Source: Entomortierella parvispora E1425 (Eukaryota; Fungi; Mortierellomycota). From it: a stretch of DNA of 64,000 nt. A model generated the notes under the pieces. It had not been told where the DNA came from. It did no database searches and was given only the letters and a program-made list of their open reading frames with translations. The stretch covers positions 3,658,001 to 3,722,000 of the forward strand of contig BQFW01000002.1 of the NCBI GenBank assembly GCA_020891255.1. Reading direction: 5' to 3'. The position numbers were made by a program, and so were the translations under genes. Below are positions 49,729 to 63,816 of the stretch, one piece after another. Within the stretch, counting starts at the first letter, position 1. The number at the start of each line of letters is the position of its first letter.

Positions 49729-49801
49729 AGTCTACGCCGAGTGTCGAACCCGGGATGCAAAGTGTAATGGAGCGGCAACACTCCCACAGAGCAGCGTAGA
49801 C
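49729..49801 (-). ncRNA. 73-nt tRNA-like element (pseudo-tRNA or SINE head)
   Basis: Acceptor stem GTCTACG/CGTAGAC is perfect, T-arm is CCGGG-TTCGACA-CTCGG, the spacing is the canonical 41 nt, and G18G19 and G15/C48 are present. The anticodon arm does not pair. Confidence 0.55.
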
Positions 49802-49892
49802 CCTTATTGTGATATATGTTCTTTTGACCTGGACCATGTACCATCCGTTCGAAATTTCAGAGTGACTTTCAAATTTTGGTGGCGCTTGACCC

Positions 49893-49923
<31 letters not shown>

Positions 49924-51145
49924 CAGCTCTCTTCCAGACAACGCCCTTTTCGACGAAATGGCAAAGCGACATTGCGCTCATTCAAGCACGAATGGAACGA
50001 AACCAGTGATATAACTAGGATCGTCTGCTCAGGCCCGGTTTTTACCGTTCGACAACTTGGAGATGCTCCCAGGGAAAGCTCGCGGGACTACCTCGACAGA
50101 TGCACCGCTCTGCTGATAAAGAAGTGGGAGTTGCGGAAGGAAGCATAGAAAGAGAACGAAGACATGGACGTAGATATTCAGTCCCTGGTAAAGACAAGAA
50201 GGCCCGATGGAGCCAAGCACTTGGAACGTAATCCAACGTGTAAAGGACCTGGATACTGGCGGTGTTCGTTCCCTTCGCGCACCTCCCAGGAGAGACAGAG
50301 ACGGAAAAGATGGAAGCATTGTGTAACTTTGTCTGGTCAGAAAATGTCAACATGATGGACGGACCGTGCGGATGCAAGATCAGAAATGAAGCTTGCGTAA
50401 AGATCGGTCTTGAGCAATGTTAAGACAGAGGACGAAGAACGGCATCAGGAAGGATGTGACTATGTTCACACGAATGGATAGCTCGCGAGAAATATCCGAA
50501 CTTGACAGGACAGTTGAAGTTCTGCGGTCTGCACCCTCGAACCGAATTGGAGCGGATCAAATCTGTCTTCATATGGTTTGGAAAAGGTGAGTAAAATCAC
50601 CACCAGATTCTACAAGGCAGGATGGCTCATGGCATGCTGAAAGGTGCCGTTTGAATCAGAGGATAGCGATTCAGGAATAAGACAGGACGGGAAGCAGTAT
50701 GTGCAAGTCGGTAGAGACTTGGCTTGACTTTCCTGGAACGGAGAAGAAGGACTTGTTTAGAACCTGGAGAGGTACGTATTCTGTGGATCTGCTCCCCCTC
50801 ATTGGTAAGGATAAAGCAAGATTATCCAGGCACCTTGAGTAGGATGAGACGGACAAAAGGACACCTATCAGCTGAAGGAAACATTTGTATACTTTTTCTT
50901 CACAGGAAATCATGGATACAGTCACCAAACACAGAGTTAGGCTGATGATGTAAAAGGGACGATCTTGTCATGGATCGCTTGTGACATCCATCCTCATCGT
51001 CACCTATCCATTCCCCATCGCTCACTTCTCCTTTATACCACTGTTATCTCCACAATCCACTTGTTCTCAGTTTTGTTCGTTTTCACCCAATTTTATTGCA
51101 GCCCCTAACATTCGTCGTCTATTTCATTTCTCATTCCTCCATTTC

Positions 51146-54100
51146 CTAATCTGCATCCTCGTCCATGGCCTGCTCAGCCTGAAGGCGAAGTCTATCCCGC
51201 TTCTTCAACGCGGCCCGCTCTGCAATCTCAGAGACGCCGGCAACGACAGACAGTCGACCAAGCTGATTCTCGATGGCCATCACATTCGTCGCATAGGCCG
51301 CCATAATGGCACTTTCAGTCGGGGCTCTTGGAAGGTGAGGATGCAGCTTCAGCAGACCCATGTCACTGCTATCGACCACGCCCGAGGTAAGATCTTGTTC
51401 TACCACAGGAGGGTAGTCTACATTGACGGGGGTATCGGCTTCCCTATTCTCTTGAGGAACCAATACGACAGATGACGGCACGGTCGTCTTGGCTCCTGCC
51501 GCAATCGGTGTTTCCGGTGCTGAGCGTGGAGTTGCTGCGGACGAAGACGTAAAGGAAGAAGATGCGGGGGAGTGTCCAACACACGAGTAACGTCGGAGCA
51601 TCTGCAATTCCTCCCGAAGGGTCTCACGACGGAAGGCGACTCTGATATTGGGCACGTTGGTTTTGGCCATATCATTGGATTGAACTCCAGGGAGGAACCA
51701 TTTCTTGCCAATCCAATGTTTCTTGACCTTGTTCTCGAAACCGGAATGGGCAACCGAGTTTCGAGAGATCTCGCACATGTCTGCACCAGAGAGTTTCCAG
51801 ATCTATGACAGGGGAGGAGAGATGTGCAAAGGATGTGGGTTAGAACTACCATTCGTGAGGGGGGGGGGGGGGGAATAGATCAACAAGGTAAACCACATCT
51901 CGATTTCTGGTCTATTCGCATACCTGGGCCGCGACACTGTACTCTTCGATCAGAGGCTCCTTTGTAAAATGGAACTGCAAAGGATCATCGGTACTCAAAC
52001 TGACATTGAGTCCTCGCTGGAAGAAGGCCGGGAACGGATTGCGCTCATAATCCAAAAACAAGGCATTGTTGGACAGTGGGGACATGGCGATGCCCATCTG
52101 AGTCAAATAATACAAGTATTGAAGCGCGGGGACCTTGCGGAGCAAAATTCCATGAGAGATTCCAAAGGAAGTCAAGAACGCGGAGGTTAAATGATCTGTG
52201 TCTCCAGCCTCTCCACAATGTGGTCGGAATACAAATGTATCTAGGCAAGGAGAAAAGAATAGTTGGTGTTAGACCCTCGAGTTCCTCTTTTCTCTCAATA
52301 AATCATCATAGAGCGATACATACTGAAGCGCCTCTTCTGTCGGAAGTTATTGAGACTTGTCATGTTGGCAAACATGTAGTAGATGTAGTAGCTGTAGGGA
52401 GGATTCATAGGCGTGTTCCAGACTCGAGGGTAGGGGTATTTCCTGTAGATCCTTCGTTCTGCCTTGGATTCGTCGTCGACCGAATCAAAGCCAACGACCC
52501 TCTGCAAGAAAATGTGCAAGTTGGGATGACTCTGAGGATCTCTTGTTACTTCAAACAAGGGCTTGAAGATGTTTTGGATAACCTTTTCAAAATTCTCGAC
52601 TGTGTTTGTCGCCTTGTAGACACTGTAAAGTCGAGGAACCTGGATCAGCCATCGGACATTGGGCGAGAATAGCTTGTTGTCGACGACCCAGTCTGCAAGC
52701 TTGTCCCATTCGTCCTCGCTGCGGCCATAGATGGAGATGCGGTATTCAGCCATCTGGTACTTGCTCTGCTCCAGATCCGAGATCACCTCTTTGGGAGAAA
52801 GAAACCTTGCAATGTCAGTCGCGAGATTCATCGGGGCAAAAAAAAAAAAAAAAAAAAACACGATCCTGAAAATCACCTTTCGTAATCTCGGCCAAGTATT
52901 TGCCTTGGATCTTGTTGTCGGTCTTCATGAAAATCTCTCGAAGACGGGACTCGCCAATTGGGTTATACTTCAAGTTGAACTTGTCAAACCGGTGGAAAGA
53001 ATCCTTGTGAGCCTAAGTCAGAGGGTCCCAGTAATCCAAAGCAAAGCAGGGTTATGGTGAGCATGGCTGTCAACGACGGCAAAAAGAAAGGTATGATATG
53101 AGTGGAATTATTTCCTTACATGCATGTCCATGGTATCGATGCTCAGATCATAGGCCGTCAGGTTCAAACTCTGAAAAACCTCCTCCAGCGTCAAGTCTTT
53201 CCCGTCACGGAAGATCACCAAGTCTTTGGACTTCTTTCTCATCTTGGCCTTGATGAATCTCAACAGATGCTTTTGGTTCATACACGAGCTGTGATGAACG
53301 TGGGTATCCACCTTTCGGACGTTGTAGAAATCACGATGGGGCACCCTTTTGACCTCGGCCAGCTCTTCGTACTCGTTCAAAAGGATGTACATGTTCCACT
53401 TGCTCTCCAAATACTTCAGTCGACGGAAGGCGAAACTCTTTGTGGGTCCGTCCGAGATCACAGAGAGGACAAAGTCGAGATCCAGGAAGTATTCCTTTGG
53501 GGTAGGGACCTTGACAATGGGCTTGTTGTCAGCAAGATCCTCCTTGTTTTTGTATACCTGTGGTTGATGTAGAAAAGAACTGGGTTAGTTTTGAAACAGT
53601 GGTAGGGGATCACTTTCTCAATTCCCCTCCTTTGTTACCTGGTATACTCCAGTTTCGTCCAGCTCATAGAAATGATCACAAAGACCAGGGATCGGGACCT
53701 CTTCCTTGATAAAGTCGCTCCCAATACTTTGGGGACCATCTGAGATCCTTCCAGGGTTCTCTGGTGGGGGCCATGAAGGTGGTGGGTGCGGAGGATAGAT
53801 ATTCCAATCGTCTGCATCTCGGGGGTTATCACCAAACCTCTGACAAGAAATCGCCATGTACTTTTCGCGCAAGTCCATACATTTCTGAAAGTTGGTGTAA
53901 AGAGATCTTAGTTCCTCTGTGACGTCGTCCGTGGGTGAAAAGGTGGGTTTTGTGTTGCTGAAGCTTTGCGCTGTTATTGCAGGTGTTGGTAGGGTGGTGT
54001 TGCTGTCGTCCATCACCCCAGCATCTGCTCCTGTGGGTCGCCTATTCGCGGGTGATTCGTCAAAAGGCGTGGTGGGAGCAGGGATCCAGCTTTGTCTGAG

Positions 54101-54508
54101 CTCACTTGGAGAATTGACACCGGAGTTGTGGGTCTCATGAGCAAGGTACTTGTTGTCCTCCTATTGGCAAAAAAAAAAAAAAAAAAAAAAAAAAGATGAT
54201 CAGAAAAACCATTCTATAGCAGCCCTGCCTTTGCCTCTCTGTAACTCATTTGGGCAGAAGGGTCTGGTCAAAGTGGGACAAGAGATTGCTCATACCAAGC
54301 GGAAAGCTTTCTCGTGTCGGGATTTGTAAAGCGGGGTCTGCGCCCTGTGCTGTTGCAGTGGACCGTGGTCGACGGATTTTCCTTCGTCCATGTCAGCACG
54401 GGTATCGGGCACATCGAACGAGTCCTCAGACTCGGGTCTGCTTTCCTGTCCCTGCGAGTGGTTTGTTCCATCGGCATCCCCTAGGGATGGGGAACTATGC
54501 TTGCACAT
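51146..54508 (-). CDS. AMD1: AMP deaminase (multi-exon)
   Basis: [69 protein letters not shown] and MCEISRNSV. Confidence 0.96.
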
Positions 54509-55839
54509 TGTTGCAATGAGGATGAGGGGGAATGAATGGAGTCGAGAGAGGTGAAAAAAAAAAAAAAAAAAAAAAAATGTGACACCCTTCTCTTTTCCTC
54601 TTTTGGACCGTGACGAGAGAGAGAGACCCCACCGGCGGAATGTGCACCTCTGCATGAAGCACAGCCGTTGCAACGGTCCCTTTTTTCTGTTGCTCTCCTG
54701 CTGTTACGGTTGTCTCGTTTTTTCTCCCTCTCTTCCTTCGTCTCATCGAGAGAGAAGAAAGAGTGCTGCGTACTGATGATGGGGCAGGACAGGGTGGTGA
54801 TGATGACCAACAGAGACAAACAGACACATCCTGGTCGTGTTTGCCAATAAAAGAGGCTCGCAGATGCCTTTCTTGGGTCTTTCTCGTCTTTTCCCCTCAC
54901 GCGGTCTTCAGCAGTTAGTCTTCAGTAAAGTCATCCACCAAGATCAATGTTTCTGGGCTCCAGTGCCAAAAAATTGGCCATCTCAACGCCAGCTACTGAG
55001 AATCTCGTGCCTCTTGCTAATAGTGAGGCGACGGTGAAGTCCCTAACCCTCGATGGCATTCAGGGCCCATTAAGCGGCGAGGTCTAAGCATTTCCCCAGA
55101 ATGCAACGAAGTTAGAGGAGTTAGAGGAGTTCAGAGCGCTACCCTCCACTTTGCTGCAGCCAAACCACCGGAGCATCCGATCGGATCACTTTCATGACGA
55201 GGCAGAGTTAATGGACCATCTTCCTTGAGTAGGTCTGGATCTGGATGGTCCGATGCAAGTGCGGGGATGTTCGGAGACACAGACACGCCTAGAAGTACAC
55301 GCCGGACTTTGATACCCCTGTGTTTGAAGAGGGAAAGTATGCTCTCCATAGGGGTGAAACATAGAATGGTCTATCGGCAGCTTGGCCTTTTGGTCTACCT
55401 CCAGCGTCTGCGACTGGAGCAGAAAAGGGCCCCGATCCCTGGTAGTATCAGAGAAGAACAGTTTGATATTCTCCCTTGGGTGGGGCATCCACCCCCAGAC
55501 AGACTTTCATATTGCGACAAAGAAAAAAAAAACGAGATTGTCCCAGGCAACAATAACTGGTACCATCGACATCAGCGCCAGCGCCCCGTTTTAATAAAAC
55601 ATTTCCTTTCATCTTTGTCCCTTCTTTTTCTTTCTATTCACCGCCTGGTCGGTCAAGGGCAGAAAAAAATATGGTGGAAGAGGAGCACTTGATGTGCCAT
55701 CATGATTATCCACTACTGCTTGTATTGTTATTTTATTTTTTCTCTTCTCTGACGGAGAAAAGAGTGGGGGAGAAGAAGGCGAGTGGAAGGCGAGAAGGAG
55801 GGGATGTGTGTCGCCCTTTGTTTTGACTCCAAGAGTTTT

Positions 55840-56673
55840 CTAAAAGGCCAGTTGTGTGATCCCGAGTCCCATCCAGGCCGAGAATATCGTTACAACCAGG
55901 ACAGGTCCTATCCTCGAGGCGGAGGGAACAAGTGCAGAAGCGGCGTTGATGGCGACCTTGTTGCCGTTGTAAGTAACACCGCACAGCTGATGAAAAGCGT
56001 CGACATAGTTTTCCAGATGGTAGGCCTGCAACACGTTCAGTTGATTCAATTGCTGGGTCTTTTGGAAACAGTCAATGCAGTACGGGTACACCTCCAAGGC
56101 CTTGTAGGTGCAGATACATTTCAGGAACGGCAACAAGCTCTCGTAGGTCGTATTGGCCGTCACTGGGAACGTGTTGGTGTTGGCAATCACATTGCAGCGA
56201 GACAAGGTCGAGAACATTCCGTAGCAGGTCGAGCAGGTCGAGATATTTTGAGGGAACAAGGCCGGTGTGGTAGGAAGAGGCAACGGCCCCGTGACGGGCG
56301 CTTGGTAAGTGTTCGGACCCATAGTCATGTACGGTTGAACGGGGATGGGAGGTGGAGGGGTGGTTGGGGCGGGAGGAGGCGGAGGCGGGGTTGCTGTGGC
56401 ATTGGTGGACTGCGTCTGTGAAGAAGAGGAAGGCGTAGAAGAGGAGGAGGATGTTGGGGTCACAGGGGTGTCTGGGATAATGTAGGTAAGAGGCGCATCC
56501 GTGATCGGGTTGAAGTTCCCTCCCGCCGGGGGGATTGGGATAACGTTGCCTCCGTTGAAGATTTGCCCATGAGCCACTGGAGAGAGACAAAGAAGTGCAA
56601 GTAGTTGTATGGAAAAGAAGGCAAGTAGAGCGACGCTGGTGGTCGAAAATGAATAAGGCGCCCTTGAAATCAT
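55840..56673 (-). CDS. Secreted, probably GPI-anchored protein: S/T/P-rich stalk + 8-Cys domain (277 aa)
   Basis: Signal peptide from M56673; CSTC..C..CIC..CIDC..C; small-residue omega-like site NAASA followed by a hydrophobic C-terminal tail. Confidence 0.8.
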   Translation of the reverse strand: MISRAPYSFSTTSVALLAFFSIQLLALLCLSPVAHGQIFNGGNVIPIPPAGGNFNPITDAPLTYIIPDTPVTPTSSSSSTPSSSSQTQSTNATATPPPPPPAPTTPPPPIPVQPYMTMGPNTYQAPVTGPLPLPTTPALFPQNISTCSTCYGMFSTLSRCNVIANTNTFPVTANTTYESLLPFLKCICTYKALEVYPYCIDCFQKTQQLNQLNVLQAYHLENYVDAFHQLCGVTYNGNKVAINAASALVPSASRIGPVLVVTIFSAWMGLGITQLAF

Positions 56674-57212
56674 GACTCTGGTTTTAGGGCACAAATAGGA
56701 GCAGGTCGATCCAGGTAGATGCGAGGGTGGGTGTAGGAAGTTGGGGTGGGCGCAACAGTGGGAAAAAGAGAGAGAAGGAGAAAGATGGAAGATAGGACGG
56801 AACGATGCAGAAACGGAAAGAGAAAGAGAAGGAGAGAACAACGAAAGAGCTACCAAATCGTGTCAGGTCGTTATCCTAATGGTGCCACATCCCGGGCTAC
56901 CCAGGAGAACAACCAACGGGAGACAGGAGCTGTTTTTATATTTTCAAAGGGCAGGAGCCAAGAGGAGACATAAAGGGATCGAAAAAACGCGAAGGAGACA
57001 GGACCCAACTCCAAGGGGGTTCTCTTACGGGTTTGACCTTGCTCACTCCCTGGGATCTCGGCCAAGGAGCAAGGCAGAGAAGACCAATCTTGTGGAGCAA
57101 TAGGTCCGCGTCAGATGTCAAAACGCGTCGCCTACAAACTCAAAAGTTGCTGTGTCGGGAGACATGGAGAACAGTCTAAAAGTTTTTTTTTTATGTTGGT
57201 CATGGTCTATTT

Positions 57213-60200
57213 TCATACACGCTCATAGAATAATAGATACGCCCGACTGGAGAGAACTTCCTTCAAGCTCGCCTGTCGGACACTGGTATCGCTGCAGGCG
57301 ATCCACTGCCTGCAGTCTTGGTCGTCTTTGATCTCATCCGGTTCTTTGACTTCTTGCGAGTCCTCTTCCACCTTGTCGCCACCTTTGACGGCTGCACCCT
57401 TTTCGAGCATCTCAACTTTGGATGAGAGTACATAGTTGGTGTAGTGACCGCCACCCAGGGTTCCCATATGGACCACAGCACCATACAGTCGGTATCTCTT
57501 TGAATCCTGGAATTGCTCCTCGTCCTTTCTCTGCGCCTCCTTGGTTTCTTCTCCATTCCTTTCTTCTTCTTCCAGGTCACTCTTGGGAACGAAATATGGT
57601 GACATGTCCAGCTCTATGGGCATCTCGACATGGTCCTCAATCTTTCGCATCTGGCCAAATCGACCCGACTGCTCAAAACGCTTGAGATGGAACACCAGAG
57701 TCGGGGGCAGGCTAGAGATCAAGTACCGCTTGTATGCCTTCCTGAACACGACCTTTGGCTTCTTGGCCATAGGTGTAGCAGAAGAAGCTTCGGTGGTCTT
57801 GGATTGTGTCTTCTTCTCCTTGGCGGGTTTAGGAATCGTGTTACCGAGGCTGTCTGTGTACTCGCCCTCCTCGCTATCAGATTCAGATTCAGAATCAGAG
57901 TTCGCGTTTGATCCTTCCCCTGGCGATGCTTCCATTTTTTTCTGGTCAGCCTCGGTCTGGCTTTGACATTCGGCATCTGAGCTTTCCGCCCTGTCGATTT
58001 CATGAGGCTGCTCCGACTGTGAGACCAAAGGCAATGAGGACTCGCTCTCGGAATGATCCTTTCTTTCCTCCTTCTCGTCCTCCTCTGTTTGCTGTTTCTT
58101 GTCTAGTGTCTGTTCTTCCTCGTCTCCCTGCTCCTCCTTGTCGCCAACAGTAAGCTTGTAGCAGTTCTCACAGGCAAACTTGTTCTCGCCATCCAAGCAA
58201 TCCACGCTCGTAAACTGATTCAAGGACCGTTGAATGGACAAGGTTTCAGAAGTAGACTGTCCAATGGGTCGAAGTAACTTCTCGACATGCTCCAAGTGAG
58301 CCACCGAGGGTCTAGCCGACTCTGGAATAGAATTTGATACCTTGACCTCCAGTTCTTCGCCCAAATCCGATGCGAGTTGACGAGTCTTCAGTCTAGATGC
58401 CGCCACAGAGGACGGTCCTCGTACGGGGAGTGAAAGATCGTAGAATTCTTCCGGAGCGTATGAGCACTATCCACAGTGAATCCAATATGTCAATAAAACA
58501 TGGTCGCTCGCAATACACCTAACATAGCAGCACTAAGAACAAAAAGAGCCTATCCATTACCTTTTTGCATGCGTCGCAGACAATCACGCTGACCATCTTG
58601 CCCAAGAAACAGCTGTCGATGAACGGAACATACTTGGGGGCGTCGTCCTTTTTGGATTTTGCAGCAGTCGAGTCCTTCTCTTCCTGTTCTTCCTCTTCTT
58701 CCTCGCCCCCCTCGGCCTTTTCGTCTGCTATTTGTTGCTTAATCATGTTCATCTCCTCTTGCTTAATTCCATCAAACAGATAACGCATCAGCTCTTGACT
58801 GTCCTGTTGACGGAATCCCCGGAAGACCTTCCACTTGCGGGAAATTTGCCCAAACAATCCCTGTGGTGTGACTCTCCCGCCTTGTTGGGTCCACATTGTA
58901 TACAAGAACTCTTTGAAGTTTAGGGTAAGAGGTCCAAGTCCTGCATCAACCCTCGCCGCCAGTGATGTTGGGAAAGCCGAGTATCGCAACTCTTCTTCTG
59001 AAAGAATGGCTTTCAGCGATTTGGTCTCTGTCAGAACCTATAATGGCCAAGAGCCATTTCAGAGTAAAAAAACACCGTGAGAAACAAGGCTCTCGTTTTT
59101 ACTATCCTTAACCACGACAGTACGGCTTACCTGAACAACAGAATTAAAGAAGCACGTATTTCCGAGATTCTGAAGTCCCGGGGTTGCAATCTTGATTTTG
59201 GGCATGGTTGAAACTACAGTCACAGCATTGGATGCGCCCTTTGCCTTGCTCGATGATGAGGTGATGGTGGCAGCATTGGTGGCGGCTATATGTTATTATG
59301 TTTGGTGGTGGACGAAGAAAGGGTGGACAGAAAAAAAAGAGATTGTATAAGCCCTTTTGTCCCCTGGAGTCATTGGAGTCATTGGACTCGTCTGATTTTT
59401 TTTTTGAAAACATGCACAGTTCGCTGTCAAACAACGTATATACCTCTCATTTTTGATTGTTTGATCTGAAGGTGCCTTTCCAAAGCCAACTGGCACTCGC
59501 GAATGACCTGGTTCCTGTTTTTGGTCGGCACAATAGAGTTGTCACAGCTGTAGCACCTATTCAGAAGGTGCCCGGACGTAATGGAGAGTTGTTAGTTTCC
59601 TCACGGCCACAGGAGTCTGTTGTAAACCTAGAGTCACCACCGCCTGCTGGCGAAAGGAATCAAAGTACGTACCGGCAGTCCATGCTCCCGAGGTTAATCG
59701 CCAAAGGATGACTTGTTTTCTTTTCAACATGATGTCTCAGCGCATGCTCCTGGATAGCCCGTCCACAGTTGATCTCACAACAGCTCAAGCACATCCAAAG
59801 GTGATCTGCTGATATCGCCTCCACTGCTTTGGGCGTCGTCAGACCCATGGCCACCATGGATGATTCCGTTCGTTTGCCAGAGTGTGCCTTCTTTTGTTTG
59901 GACTCTTTAGCAGACAGACACCCTTGACAGTGGTCCCAATCCTTTTGATGAGAGAGGCCCTTGGTAAATTTGGGCAGTTTGACCGCACTTTTCACATGCT
60001 GACACTTGCCGTCGTTTCCTGATTTGTTGGTCGAGATCGAAGGCATGTCTGTCTCTTTTGCGGACAACGAGTTTAGCGCCGGTACCAACAGTGAGGAAAC
60101 GCTATCCTGGTCCAGGACAAGGGTATTATCGGCTTCTGGCAGTGGCGTTGATGGGGAGATCTCCTCTGTGGTGGGTCCGATCACTGTTGCAGAGGCCTCG

Positions 60201-60525
60201 GATGTTCCAGCAGGCGCAGGCAATGTGGATAGAGATGGAGCAACGGTAACGGCTGGTAGGGTAAATCGGGGTGGAATTCCGCTTCCTGCGCTAGGTTGGT
60301 GTGCATCCCGAGATGATCCTGCCAGAATCTGGGTCAAAATAGCATCGTCTATCAGGATGTTGAACAATGAAAGCACGATTAAAAATTTAGGTCGCGTGCA
60401 CCTTGCGCAGAATGAATGGACTGGCCATGGAGCAAAAGGGCAGCCCTTGAGTCTCAATTAACCAACGTACTGGCTTCAAAATCGCTTTTGCTCAGTCTCC
60501 TAGCTCCTTTTTTCTTCTTTGCCAT
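57213..60525 (-). CDS. Ubiquitin C-terminal hydrolase, USP16/USP45-like with zf-UBP
   Basis: zf-UBP LWMCLSCCEINCGR...HALRH; Cys box GLQNLGNTCFFNSVVQ; QQDSQELMRYL; LHLKRF-like FHLKRF; His box VHMGTLGGGHY. Confidence 0.92.
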
Positions 60526-60714
60526 GATGTCGTCGTCGTCGTCGTCGTCGTCGTCTACTTCGGTGTTGTTGGTTGTCCGAGGGAATGAGTTTGAGATTTG
60601 ACTGAAAACGATTTATTTTGAATGTGACTGCCTCCGCTTTGCCTGCGGCAGGCGTTTCTACGATGATGGAAAAAGGCGAATCGAACGAATCCCTATTGAA
60701 GCAGCAGCAGCAGT

Positions 60715-63700
60715 CTACGCCTTCGTCGTTAGCGCGTCGTTCTGCTCGTCGCGCGTCTCAACGGCTGCCTCGAATGTCGTTGCGTCTCCCTGGCCTTCAT
60801 CGGCCTCAAGCTTAAGCGTTCCATTGTACGCCGCCTCTGTACGATTCAGCAAGAAGTCCAGATGCTTGTCCGAGATCACCACGTCGTCCTTGCTGGCCAC
60901 CTGGTACTTTTCTCCATCATCCTGTGACAGCATCTCGGCCAATTCAGCCAGTGTCGTGCCCTTCATCTTGGTCGCTGGCGCCGCAGATGCTCCGTTCTTG
61001 AACGTGCCCTTGTGAATGACCAGCTTTTCCAGTTTGCGCTTCTGATTGGCCTTCTCAATAATACGGCCCTCAACTGTGTTGGCCGTAACAAGTCTGTAGA
61101 TCATCACAGGTCTGCTCTGACCGATACGATGAACACGATCCTGAGCCTGCAAGTCCATTTGAGGGTTCTAAACATTTCGGAAAGAGAGCGTGAATACGTG
61201 TACGTTTTCATGATCAGGAAGAGAGTACTCAATTGTTACTTACCCAGTCACTGTCAAAGATAATGACAGTGTCAGCAGAGGTTAGATTGATACCCAGACC
61301 TCCAGAGCGTGTCGACAACAAGAACAACCTCAAGCTGGGGTCAGTGTTGAAGTCGTGAATCTGACTTCGTCTGTCCTCCTGTTTGACCATGCCGTCAATA
61401 CGGCAGCATCTCCACTTCTTGTATTCTTCCGCCCAGTCCTGGATAATGTCCAGCATTGTCGTGAACTGGGAAAAGATGAGAACTTTGTGTCCACGGTCAA
61501 AGAGTGCCTCCAACAACCTGTTCAAGACCAACATCTTTCCTGAAGCAGTCAAAAGATCCTCAGACAGCACGGGGAGGCCAGTGGACTTGTCAATGGGCCA
61601 GTCAAACAGGAATGGATGGTTGCACACCTTACGAAGCTGCATCACAACGTTCATAAGATGCATGTTTCCAACCGACTTCTTGGCCTTGCGCAAGTCAATC
61701 TCCTTGGCAGAGTTCAACTTGGCTTCCGCCTTCACAGCCAAGTGTTTGCCTTCGGCCAATTTTCCCAAAAACTCGTCGTCAGACAGTTTATCCAAATCCT
61801 TGTCCGCCATGTCGTCACCGTAGCTCATTTTGGCAGCTCCTCGGCGCTTTCTTCGCTCAGCAATGGACTTGCTGGTCTCATTCTTTCTTTCGGTTTGAGC
61901 TTCCTCAGACTCCACGACTTCATCCTGAGCTACTTCAACGGCCTCTGGCTCTTCTTCATCGATCAACTCGACTTCCTCAGAATCGTCAATGAAAGTGGTC
62001 TTCTTTTTGATCAGGAAGCTGCGAATGTCACGAGTCAGAGCCGCATCGTACCACTCTTTCTGGGAGGGAGTCAGAGGGCAGTAAATGATGTACTCTTTCT
62101 TCTTTGGCAAAGAATGTTCAACTATAAAGAAGGCAGCCATGATTCATTAGTTAGCGATTCAAAAAAGTCAACATCATATTTGAACAACAGTACAAAGTAC
62201 ATACCGTCAGTCTTGATACGACGGAGCAAGAAGGGCTGGAGGATTTGATGCAGAGTGGAAACCACATTGTGGCTCTTTTCCTGTCCCAAAATACGCTCCT
62301 GACCTTCCTTGGCATTGATGTCTTGGAAATTAAAGAATTGCTCAAATGCATCCAGGTCCGCAAACAATTCCGGCATCAAGAAGTGGAGAAGACTCCAGAG
62401 TTCTTCGAGGTTGTTCTGCAAAGGCGTTCCTGTCAACAGCATACGATTGGATGACTTGTATGTCTTGAGCTCGCGAATAAGCTTACAGTCCAAGTTCTTG
62501 AGACGATGGCCTTCGTCAACAATAATGTACTTCCAATCGTATTTTTGCAAGTGCTTGCGATCCCTCATGACGACTTCGTATGTAGTGATAACGACAGGGA
62601 AGCTAGAGTCCAGTTTTTTGAGCCGGTGGTTGCGAATGCGAGTTCTTTCCTCGGGATTTCCATGGTACATCACACAGGGCACATCGGGGACGAAGCTACG
62701 GTACAGGAAAAAGAGAGATGAGTCAAATGAAGGAGGGGTAGCTGTCATCAATTACCCGCACTCCCAACACATGAGAGGGTCAACTTACCGCTCAAACTCT
62801 GCAACCCAGTTTGAAATAGTCGAGAGGGGGCATACAACCAAGAAGGGGCCCCAGACGCCTTTTTCGTAAAGATGGGCCAAGAAGGCGATGGTTTGGAGGG
62901 TCTGCACAAGGGAAAAAAAATTAGTATTTTCTAGGAGTGAACGCAATTGCTCAAAGGACATGCAACGCCTGTTTACCTTTCCGAGACCCATCTCATCGGC
63001 GAGAATTCCGTTAACACCATTTTCGTACAAACTGACCATCCACTCGACACCAGCCAATTGGTACTCGCGGAGAACTCCTCCAGTAACCAAGACAGGCTGG
63101 CGAGCAGAGATCTTGGGCTTGACCACAGGTCCCTTCTTGTTTTCGCTGACAGTATCCCCGTCAATCTTTCTCTTCTTGAGCATGTCTTCGTCCAAGTAGT
63201 CGGTAATGTTGACTCCGCGTTTCTTGGAAGTAGGGTTTGCATTTCTCTTTCTCTTTGTCGCTGTAGTGGCGGCACGGGATCCAGAACGAGTGCTCACGAC
63301 GACGACCTCCTCATCGTCCTCTTCCTGCCGATCGGTCTCTGGTCCTTCGTGGACGGCAGTCTCTTCAACAGCGGCATCTCTCTCTGCGGCCTGCTTTTGG
63401 GCAGCAAGGAGCTTCTGACCCAAGAACTTGGCGTAAATAGAGGACTTGTCGAGTACGAAGCGAATTCGTTTACGGACTTCCTCGTCTTCGCGAGTCTAGT
63501 ACGGCGTAGGAAGAAGAATGTGTCAATAGTCGGATTTTGCCACCAATCTGCATATCCACAAGGGGACTTGGCTTGATCCAGAAGTCTCAACAATCCTAGC
63601 TTACCACAACAACGGAAGGAGCAGCGGGGGTCTCCTCGACAGAAGAGGACTCGGGAGACTCGGATGAGGGCACACTGACACTCTATATGCATCAACAATC

Positions 63701-63816
63701 AGGGGCCAAAGTCAACACTTGGATGAGACATTGAATCAAAAGGTGAATGCACAATGCGCATGGGGGGGTGGGCATATGTCACCTACTGGGTCATTAGCAA
63801 CTTCGGGGTCGGCCAT
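60715..63816 (-). CDS. HELLS: SNF2-family chromatin remodeller, HELLS/LSH/DDM1 (Irc5)-like
   Basis: [90 protein letters not shown] and [11 protein letters not shown]. Confidence 0.9.

Noticed and set aside
49729-49801. Functional tRNA or tRNA-Sec call
   Set aside because: No pairing anticodon stem, no U8/A14/U33 and no TCA anticodon; kept only as tRNA-like.
50040-50350. Gag-like ESSRDYLDRC and L1-like LCNFVWS snippets
   Set aside because: Isolated short matches in different frames, with no consistent domain order.
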